Assembly: GCA_000320545.1 (NCBI GenBank) | Contig: ADNK01002550.1 | Span: 1 to 43,778, forward strand | Reading direction: 5' to 3' | DNA: 43,778 bases | DNA from: Bigelowiella natans CCMP2755 | Lineage: Eukaryota > Protista > Cercozoa | In this document: in pieces, positions 15,281 to 25,282 of the stretch | Layout: the number at the start of each line of letters is the position of its first letter | Numbering within the stretch: the stretch's first letter is position 1 | The notes under the pieces: generated by a model | Databases searched by the model: none | What the model was told of the DNA's origin: nothing | The model's input: only the letters and a program-made list of their open reading frames with translations | Made by a program: the position numbers and the translations under genes

Positions 15281-15680
15281 TATATTTATATCGCTTTCCA
15301 GGGCAGAAGTGTAATTTCGGGCCCTCGGCACTGCAACTCGTACGAGTATATGTATAATATGTATACAACAGTACAATTATCGATCCTATTTATACTCTTC
15401 CTTTGAGGTGTCATGGTTTTTTATGCTTTCTTTGCCGCACTAACTATTAGAACATCGTAAAATAGAATATATATGCTATATATTATATTGGAATTTAAGT
15501 TTAAAGTTCTTGTAGGAAAAGGGAGAATAGTCATTGTTTTTTCTCCAAATGGTAACATATTTGATGCTTACGTTTTCATTTTTATGATATATGCTGTTCA
15601 GAGAGGCCCTTAACATCCTTCCTATCGATCAAACTACTGAGATAAATCGGCAAATTGAGCAGCAACAGCGAAAGCGAGCG
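10555..15680 (+). CDS. Multi-exon coding region of unknown function; may be the N-terminal part of the downstream tandem pseudokinase gene
   Basis: Series of AG/GT-bounded open segments: RFIVALCLTCLLAAVLLL (hydrophobic, ~10806-10857), ERGVADIENMLPSLNA (~11177), VEAVLGYRAWLKADVGEE (~11740), GVFRKTLDYDFNVIRGSIVALKR (~13520), ELSETYVSFMEMTLSETLNVVLRPVRQTDLFDLHVN (~13971-14077), RENEARIAASLYRAMHRIKR (~14998). No recognisable domain; the start codon is a guess. Confidence 0.5.
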
Positions 15681-16069
15681 AGGTGCGAGAAGCTACGACA
15701 CTAATAGATTGTCATTGATATATAACAAGATCTACATGCAACATGCCGTACAGCAAGATAAGAATCGTTACCAAACACTTTCTCCTATCGCGCCTGCTAA
15801 TGCGCCATCTTAGCTAGCAAGGAGATGATTGACGAATAAATGAAAAAAAAACGATACAAGTATTTCTTGCGTGGTGGGTCACAGAAAACGTTTGTTTCGG
15901 AAGTAATGATGATGCGTTGAACGGAAGAACGACTTCTCTTGATGGAAAGCCTCGTTTATACACTCAGCACCAATCATGCCAACTGCAATTTGCACAACTC
16001 TGATCGTTCCTCAAAACCATTTCGATGCGCAAAAGAAAAAAAACTTTCTTCTCACCGTAATTATCGCAA

Positions 16070-19000
16070 TTGAATAGAAAGGAACCATCCCTTTATGGAG
16101 AAGCGTCTACGGAGGCGGCTGCAAGACGCCATCATCCTCACACTGATTTCAAAGGGCAATGGGGCGCAGAGGCTACTAGAAAGCATGGATTTCTTGTGAC
16201 GTTTACCGGAATTCCAGTTTATATAAAGCTGCTCGACGTCAAAAAGCTGATGGGGGACAACCGCAGCTCTCTATTGATTCATCAGCGTTTATGCTCAACG
16301 TCGCCCATGATTGTGCATATGTTCGGGGTTGGGAAGAGCGAGCAATATGGGTAATTTAGCGTGTTAGTTATTCTCTCTAGGGCCCCAAATCTATTCATGC
16401 TTATGGGGAAAATTGATTGATACATTTTCGCACGCGTTCGTGCATATTAGCGATGTGAATAAGTCGGTTTCCGTGCGAACTCAAGCAGCCTGTATCATCT
16501 CATTTGATGGATGATTTCCCACATATTAGGTGGTACATAGCGCAGGAGCGGATCGACAGCTCTCTTGATCGTCTTATCAGCTCTGCATCTCCCCTCCCAC
16601 TAAAAAATAGGGTTCAAATCGCAATACAGGTACTAATGGAAGGAGTTATAAACAGCTCGCTGGATCATGCAATAGTCGTTCATGCGCTTAGCAAGGAATA
16701 TGCTGTAGTAGAAATAGGAATGCTGCGCGTGTTGGTCGGTTTTGGTTGTGTGTTTATGATATACTTATTCACATTGTCAGTTGTCAACGATTCGTTATTT
16801 TTGGATATTAGATCGCTCGTGCAGTTAAGGAGGTTCATGCTGCAGGCATTGCACATTGCAAACTTCGTCCAGAGTCTATTCTTATCACCAGCAATTTCCA
16901 GGTTTTCTGATGCCGCTTTCACCTCGCAAATCAATTCCGCAAAGGCATAAGAAGAGGCAGAAGTTCGCTTCACATTTTTAATATGAGCTATAATCATTTT
17001 CGTCTAACCTGTTTGTCGATTACGCGGCAGTCTCGACGATTTTTCATCTTCACGAGTGTGGTGTTGGTCTTAACCTAGGTGAAGCTCGCAGACTTCAACC
17101 ATTCTCGAGACTTTACAGGCATCACCTCGATATTAAGCCGTAGACCATCTAACGCAGGGAAGAGGAACTCAAATCATAGGACACATGAGGACTGTAGTAG
17201 CAGTGCAAGCGCTGATTTTTTGACTCAAAAACAAGAAAACAAGATCTCAAAAATGCCTCCATCTTGCAACGATACAGCTGGCCACGAGAATAGTTACAGC
17301 AAATCAGCATCATTGTTCTTAGCCCCTGAGGTAGCATTGAGCGGAGTATTCGTAAAGCCCTAGAATCTGCAGAATCAATCCATTTTGTATCGTTACGTTC
17401 GAATATTGGAGTAGACAGTCGAAACTCAAATTGGAACACGCGTAAACACAGGATTGCGTCCAGATGAAAGCCAAGAACATTCTAGTGTTGCGTGATGTCT
17501 ATTCTCTGGGTGTCACTCTCGCAGTGCTCTTCTCCACACGATATTTGGGAGGTTAGAGGAATCTCAATGGCCATTCAATTTCGAGAGTTATGTTATCAAA
17601 TTTTATCTAGGTACACCAGGCAGATACACATATTCATCGAGTCTACAGAAGCGTTTCATGGCAATATCGAGCGCGTTGCGCACTGGACACAGCGTGGATT
17701 ACAAATGCACCGCGCTGGATCTAGACTCTATTTTACAGTGGCGGGAAATGAAAGAGGTAGACGCATTAAAATATATTAGTCTGCTAGCATTAGACAACTC
17801 TACATCCCTTCGACCATAGCACAGTGTTCTTCAAGTGGCCTAACACACCACTTTTAGCCAAAGGAATACCGGTTTTAATGGCTTCTTTGTATTACATGTC
17901 ATTGTTTCTTCAAGTGGGTCGAATGGTTGTAATATCAGATTCCTCAGGTTCTTTCTAAATTCGTTCGGTTTCTTCCCTCCCAGCGGGAGAGTCTCGATTC
18001 GATGCTGAAAGGGCTGTCAAATCTTCAGAAAAGCTTGGTTGTAGTAGACAGCAAAGGTCGCCATGTTTGCAACAATTCTGCTTTTAAAACTGGGTAAAGT
18101 TAATAGATATTCAATAGGTGTCAATCAAGTAGACACGAGGTTGGACGCAACGGTTTTGAACCAAATAGAGGACTCTCTGGATGTATGAAATATATGTTTA
18201 ATTCAATATACGTATCTTTATACAATACACAAGCGTAGATCGAAGAAGTTAAACAATCTAGTTAAATCTAGTGTTATTCAATTTGGTTGCAGCGACAGGA
18301 CGAAACGGTGCTACAGAATGTTTCCAATGCGGCATCTTTACCATCAAATGTACCGCAACAAAAGCTGACCACCTTCAAAATTCCCCTATTTGGCCTGTCT
18401 GTGTGCTGTAGTGTATACCGGTCTACAAAGGAAAGGTTTGGGCTTTCGAAGACTTTGTGAAGCCAGTTCTCCTTTGATTCTTGTCCATTTACACCGCAGC
18501 GCGTGGCAGAAGGAAGTGCAGATTCTTCAATGTCTCAAGAGAAATAAACATGTTGTGGATATTATTGGCTGCGGGTAGCATATGAATAAAGGATGTGCAT
18601 GTTTATTGTAAGTACATCGATTATGATTACGCTGGTAATAACATCTAGCTTACAGTTCTTCTTGTATTGGTTCTAATTCAGATACATTCGTAAGAGAGGG
18701 TGGATTATATGCTCGGAACTGATAGAAACATCCCTTCCAGCGGTACAGGAAAGAGTGTTTGAGCACTAATACTTACTGTATAGCCATGTAGAGTAAGATG
18801 TGCGGTTATTCGAAACCAATCAGGTATTAAAGACGAACCCTCGCAAAGATATTTTATTTACAATAGCAAAAGGTGGCGTCGAGGGTTGTAATAACGACTC
18901 AAAGAATAATGAAAAAGGGAACGAAAGTGAAGATAAAGTGATACAAGGAGATGGGAAAAGAATGCGATTTCGTAGCAGAGAGGAGGAGGATAGATACGCG

Positions 19001-21594
19001 AATACTTATGGCACTTGTTCTTAGCTGTGGGTAAATTATAGTTGTTACATATGTACACGCATAGATTTAAAATTGCTTAGGTGTCGCTTCTGCCATCGGC
19101 GAGCTCCACGCAAATAACTTCGCACTTGGTATCATACCCTAAAACCTTATACGTATACATGCTCTACGCAATGGTTCGATTTTAAACATTTGAGGAGTTC
19201 ATTGACGATGGTTCTTTAGGAGCCTTTTCGTTATCATCATTTTATGTCTCTCAAGGCATGGTGCCCAAAGTCAAAGATTGCTCGAATATGGTGAAGCGTA
19301 AGACCCCCGTTTGTTGGGAATTCGCATAGATAGAGCCAAAGCGGTTTTTTTTCGTCCGTTGAATATTATCATTAAATGGAAGACTCACTATTGACAAAAT
19401 TGCCGCTATTTTTTGCACATCACATTTCTCTAAGTGTATTGGTGCTTCGTTCCAGGTATGCCTCTCTCGCCGCCTCTCGGTTTTCAACTTTCTTGATAAC
19501 CAAGGTTGGTCACCATCGCCGGATTACAACGAAGCTTTGCGATTTTGATTATGCAAGAAATCTCATTGATTCCTTTTCTTTCATGTTTGCGGACAAATTA
19601 TACACAAAACACTTGGAATTCGATAAAATTTAGATGAAGAAGCGGGCCAGAGTGCAACATTGATGAGCACTGAATCTGACTCCAAGCTTGATAAGAAAAA
19701 AATGGATATCCATTTCCTCCCATATTTGCCTCCGGAGGCGTATCTCCAGTACAACAGAAGATTTTTCGATTCAGTTATGTGATATGACTTTAGTGAGTGT
19801 TAGAAATTTAACTAGAGGACCTTGCGTTTAGACGAAAAACGTTTAACTTTCTGCATCGTTGATGATCGTAAGAAGCACATTCCTTAAATGCTAATGTAGA
19901 TGTATTTGTGTTGTAATTTCAGGAGAAGTTTATTAAGTCTGATATTTTTGGCCTCGGGGTACTTCCAAGTGCATTACGTCGCTACCTGTTTTTGCATGTG
20001 CTTATATGTGTGAATGTGGATGTATATGAGATTGCATTTAATTGTATTTTAAGGATATGCAACATGTTGACAAAGTCTATCACCTTCAAGTTATTTTGAA
20101 CTTACTGGATGTCTCCATAGGTTACCTTGCTGTTTACATTTTCTTCTTGCTCGAAGAATTCTCAGCGCGAGCATGTACTTTGAAATTGCAATCTTAGCCA
20201 TGGACTCGAACAAACATATTTAGTAAATTTACATAACGCAGAAAGCAGTCGATCTCTCGAGTTTCTTACCAGCAGTAGAGGCATCGAAGAGGGGAGGTTT
20301 CCAAGCCATTCGAAAGGTTTACTCCGAGAAAATGATGAAGATTTCAGGAGGCTCTATGGCATCGTCGGTAGCTCATCATATTGAAATTATCGATATTCTA
20401 AGTTATATTCATATTAGCTGTTTGTTTGTAATTTGGTTTTATATGTGGGAATGTGCAAGTATGGTGCCTTACGATGCGAGATTTGTGATGTCATCCTTCA
20501 TCTTATACTTGCACATACGATCGATACCATTTTTTGGTTTTAGGCATTTGATGCTCCAAAGATGAAAGGGCTGAACACCTTACCATGGGGTAACTAAGGA
20601 TGGCATGAATAAGATTGATAGATAGTTTATACAGTCAGAAAAGCATAAATTTATCCAGGACAACATTATGCTTTCTAGGCATGGGATCTCTTCTAACGCA
20701 TATACTTAGCCTTCAGTGGACAAAACGGCCAAAGATCAAAAGTATTTTAGACACAATAGAGTTTCTTTCTTATGAGTCGCCAATTGCCCGGGCATACAAA
20801 GTCAAAAAAGGCCGTGACGAGCACATATCGTATGCTGAATATGGAAAGAACGCTGCAACTCCTCAGAAAAAGTCGTATTCCACGTACATGCCGAGTCGTC
20901 ATCTGAAGGTCCATGCTTCCATATTGCAGGCGGAAACATATAATAAGGTAACTAAACTGTCGTTAACTGTGTGATTTACAGTTTTATGGGAGGTGGCGTA
21001 TTGCTACTACAGTGTAACAAACTGATTAATCCTAAAAGCGAAGACAGAGACTTGTAATCAATTATATTTCTAAGAGGAAGCAGTTTACGCATTACCCTCC
21101 TTCGAGAGCTCTTCTCACTACACTGTGAAAACAAAATTGCATTTCTGTTCAGTGTTTGTTTATTATTCAACAAGCAGGTTGCCGAGCCTCACAAAGCTTT
21201 GGCGAAATTTCATTCAATAGAGTCAAAAGATGAAGTGATCAACCAGGAAGCATCGCAGCCAGAACCAACTCTGTCGATTGGAAAAACTGATAGTGATGAG
21301 AATGTAAAGAGTGGCCTTTCTAACAAAAGTAGACATGACGACGATGAAGTCACATTGCTCTTTCCACTGCGAAGATGCTACAAAGTAGTGTTTTAACTGA
21401 TTATGTCAAAATGCACATGTGCCATGCAGAGCGTGACTAACAAAAATAGTAGTGATTTGAGTAAGTTGCTGAGTTGTTATCAATATACACACAGGTACCA
21501 ACGCGTAGAACTTCCTTACCTGGCAAAGCTATTTCTGAGCACACCGGGATGCAGTTTTTCAATTTACGTCAGTCATTGTAATAACCACAGCTAG
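16070..21594 (+). CDS. Multi-exon protein with two tandem protein-kinase-like domains, both with degenerate catalytic motifs (tandem pseudokinase); ends approximate
   Basis: Domain 1: PVYIKLL, SPMIVHMFG, WYIAQERIDSSL, IARAVKEVHAAGIAHCKLRPESILI (16812-16901), VKLADFN (17079), LFLAPE, RDVYSLGVTL. Domain 2: WQKEVQILQCLKRNKHVVDIIG, GWIICSELIETSL, VASAIGELHANNFALGAFSLSSF, TKLCDFDYARN, PYLPPE, KSDIFGLG, WTKRPKIKSIL. Subdomain order is correct twice. Confidence 0.8.
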
Positions 21595-22720
21595 CTAGCT
21601 AGTGAATGTGGCATGGAGGTTTCAACGTTGTTTAGCTAGTGAGAATCATGCAAATACAGATGAGATGCTCCCGTTTAGTTCACATTGCCTAGATTGGACA
21701 CTGAGCTGTCATGTGACATGCATTGCATTTTGCTGTGTTGCAACATACATGGACGGGATCATGTGCAAGAGGGGGGGGTCATTAACAAACCTGATACACT
21801 TACGGTTCTACATGGATGTTGTCCAGTTCGTGAAAGCGATTTTTGCTGCAGAATCTCATGCTAGTACACATGGGGAGCAAGACCAAAAGCCCAAAAGCAC
21901 GTGCGCAGCTGCAGCTCTGCGATCTGCGTGCTGGCCAAAATCACAAACATCACAATAAATGCAAGCACTTTGCACGTGGATCACACCGACGAACCAAGTC
22001 AGCAATTTCCAGAAAGAGTCCGTGCGTCCTGCAGCTTTGATGATTGGACCAGCTAGCCAGGCCATGATGGCCAACTAGCCAACTAGCCTAGCAGCCAATT
22101 GCACGCGGAAGCGCACATGTGCAGCTCACACATGATCACTGCGTTCATTGGTTTCCATCGCTCATTGGACACCATGTGGACAGTGGCAGTGAGGTGCGGT
22201 CAACAACAAGCAACAACTAGCAGGTTCACGGGTTTCCGTCTTTCCGCCACTCACTGAACAACACGGAGACAGCAGCGTGCAACAGACAGCAGACACTGAC
22301 TTTTTTGCATGATGAACTTGTGACACGCTCAGTGATCATTTTTCAATGTGAACTTTGGCTCTTTGCAAGCTCCTTGCATGGCACGCTAGCACGCAAGCAC
22401 GGCGGTGCAAGCTCGCTTTGGCGCCACACAACACGAAACGCAACGTCAAGATTTGTTGGCTCAACAAACGCACAGCACAGCAACGCAACAGATGCCGAAT
22501 CCTGCATTCAAATCCAACTGTGCACTCAACACACTGTTTCTCTCACTAGTCATCCTCATGCATTGATGAACGGTTGGTCAATAAATCATACCACTTTCAT
22601 CGAAAAGTTCTTTACATTTTGTTGCAGCCTCTGCCCCACCGCATGTACCACCCGTTGCACACATGTTGCGGGATGTACATGTGATTGGCCAATTACCCTA
22701 ACTTTAACCTAGAAATATTT
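21590..22720. other. TpA-depleted, CTAG-retaining intergenic island 1
   Basis: In 21961-22581 (~620 bp) every TA I find (7) is inside CTAG. CA/TG-rich (CATG, TGCA, CACA), with CpG still present. Starts with gctagctagctag at ~21590. Confidence 0.9.
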
Positions 22721-22892
22721 GACAGGATAACAGCAACTCGGTTTCTGGGATGTTGTAAATGTTATTAGATTTCCATTTTCTTCTTCGGATACCTTAGTAG
22801 TTTCTTGCTTGTACTTTGTGCCAAAATTGGACTGTCGGGAGATACTCCTTTCCTCCCCCTCCGACCCCCTTCTTTTGGCTGTCTAAACCTGA

Positions 22893-24014
22893 ATGAAACT
22901 CACCATTGAAGCTGTGGCCAAAGTAGTGGCTGCAACTGCTTTGGCTGGGATTGCTAAATGGAAATTAGGGCCTTTGACCGAGGCGAAGCATTCACTCCCT
23001 GCCCAAGCTCCTAGGAGGGAAGATCGGCAGCGGAGCATGTTACATCATTGGGCCCTTCAAAAACAAAGCAGTTTCGTTAACGCAGAAGGGTTGCTCATTC
23101 ACACGAAATCGTTCTTTCCACCAACGGGGTGCGGAGTGAGAGGTATCGCGTTCTTAGTGCACGGGTACATGGAGCACGCTGGTCGTTACGCGCATGTTGT
23201 CGAAGCTCTCCGGAAGGAGTTGGGGCTGATAGTACACACACTCGATCTTCAGGGGCACGGGAGAAGCGAGGGGGATCGTGTGCATGTTCGAAAATTTGAC
23301 TGCTACGTTGACGATCTGCTTCAATTCGCGCGTTCTCGCCAACTGCCCCCCGACCCGACGATGAAGCGGTTTCTAATCGCCCACAGCATGGGGGGGCTTA
23401 TAGCGACGGGAGCTGTCACGCGAGCTCCAAAGCTTTTCGACGGCTTAGTTCTTAGCGGAGCCTGGTTGGACTTAGATGACAAAACGAAGAGAGAGCGGCC
23501 CTTCTCCTTCCCCCTCCTCCGCGTAATAAGTAGGGTGTTTCCGAAATTAGTGATCTCCCCAGGGTTACCTTCTGAGTACATAAGTTCCGACCCCGCTATC
23601 GTAAGGCACTTTTTGAATGATCCCCTCGTTTCGTCAAATGTAGGCGTACGCGCGAGACTCATCGTTACCGTCGCAGACTTCCAGGATAGGCTGAGAGCCC
23701 AGAAATATAGCAAGATACAGATTCCCCTGCTGATTCTTCATGGGGAAGCTGATAAGATGACTAATCCTAAGGGATCGAGGGACTTGTGGACGATGTGCCC
23801 TAGCAGCGACAAAACATTGCAAATTCTCGAAGGCCATCAACACGAGGTATTATTTTTCTTCAGAATTACGTCGTTCTTTTCTCCATGGTTGCTCGTTTAC
23901 AAAGCCAAATACGTGCTCTTTTAGGTCTTCAATGAGCCATTTGGAGCGAGTAGTTCTGATGGCCAGAATCGTTCGATAGAGATAATGAACAAATGGATAA
24001 GATCTCGGTTGTGA
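22893..24014 (+). CDS. Alpha/beta-hydrolase, monoacylglycerol lipase/lysophospholipase (Hydrolase_4) family, ~347 aa; exons 22893-23846 and 23925-24014
   Basis: Motifs HGYMEHAGRY, DLQGHGRSEG, nucleophile AHSMGG, LILHGEAD (Asp) and HQHEV|FNEP (His). A 78-nt intron (gtatta...ttttag) restores the family-typical HEVFNEP; the final exon reads VFNEPFGASSSDGQNRSIEIMNKWIRSRL*. Confidence 0.95.
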
Positions 24015-24179
24015 TGGCGCTTGAAATGCAACCGCCGTGCTAGCGTGGTGAGCTTCGTCCACCTCTGAGATGGGTCTAGGCTTGCAGCAAAACAACAGAA
24101 ACTGTTCCATTTGTGCTTCTAGATTTTATTTTTCTTGATTATGTTAGTCCTAAGGAATTAGGATTCTTATTTGCAGATT

Positions 24180-25140
24180 TGTAGCGGCTACGTACGACAC
24201 GCATTTGCTTGCCATCTGTGCATCACTCACAGACTTTGTCATCACATTAGGCAACGGGAAACATTGAATGTTTTAATTTTCGTCCCACCAACATGCACGT
24301 TTGCTCATTGTGACATCATCTAGCGAGATGTTTAGACGTATGCATGAGTTAAACGATGATCTAGTGATGGACATGCATGTGTAATGTGTGCATACGTACA
24401 TGTGATACATGCACGTGTACATACACACATATCTAGATATGTGCACATGCATATGCACACATGTGTGCACATGTACACATATCAATGTGCAGAACTGCTG
24501 CGCGCAGTGCGCGGCAACATCGGTCGCATGAGGACGCTTTCAATTGCATGAAGCACGTGGTGGCAGAAACCAACAGATGCAACATTAGCGCTATGCCCGC
24601 TGCATTGCACAGCTACATCAGGATGACCATTGAAAAAATTTAATTCTTCATTACATCCGTCTCATCAATGTGCATGTGCTGTGTCTCTCATCACGCAATC
24701 GAAAAACTGTCTCAATTGTGCTAGCTAGCTAGTGTGCGAGCAGCGCGGCGCGCTAGCGCGGGACTAGTGAAGACATTGCACATGCCGGATGCGAGATGTG
24801 ACGTGTGCACAGACATAGCGCATGCCACAGCATGCTAGCAGGCATGCAGCATGTCTAGATCCAAAATGAAAACGACGCGCTGCAGCGGATGACAAGGAAT
24901 GACAATGATCATCCAATGCGCTGTGTCAATCTAGCACTCGTTTGTGTGGACGGGAACAAACTTTCCAACGCATTGCTGACTTGACTAGTTGAATTCTCAC
25001 ACGTGCTTTCAATGCTCTAGTGTTGCTGTGCGACGAGCATGTCTAGATGTGTGTGCGTGACGTGCATGCACAGCAGGCGTGCAAAAGTCCACGTGTGTGC
25101 CAGAGTGCTGGCTAGCTTTGTCTGAGCTCTGGCTAGTTAG
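24180..25140. other. TpA-depleted, CTAG-retaining intergenic island 2
   Basis: In 24655-25136 I count 13 CTAG and a single non-CTAG TA (ATAG ~24815). Contains the degenerate alternating tract at 24371-24482. Confidence 0.9.
24371..24482. repeat. Degenerate alternating purine-pyrimidine tract, probably a fossil (TA)n microsatellite
   Basis: 24438-24481 parses into 22 YR units: 4 TA, 8 TG, 10 CA, 0 CG, randomly interleaved. Confidence 0.75.
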
Positions 25141-25202
25141 CTATTTCAAGCAATTGTTGTTGTTGTCATGTGGTAATTCTTCCGATAGATCCTCCTCGGA
25201 TG

Positions 25203-25278
25203 CGACAATAACTCGACAACAACTCAACAACAACTCGACAACAACTCAACAACAACTCGACCACAACTCGACAACAAC
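25203..25278 (+). repeat. 11-bp tandem repeat (ACTCRACAACA) x6 immediately upstream of the ankyrin ATG
   Basis: actcgacaaca actcaacaaca actcgacaaca actcaacaaca actcgaccaca actcgacaaca at 25211-25276; the alternating G/A gives a 22-bp higher-order unit. Confidence 0.9.
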
Positions 25279-25282
25279 GCCA

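Noticed and set aside
23847-23924. C-terminus of the 343-aa ORF (LFFFRITSFF...)
   Set aside because: Read-through into a GT-AG intron; splicing restores HEVFNEP and a typical C-terminal helix.
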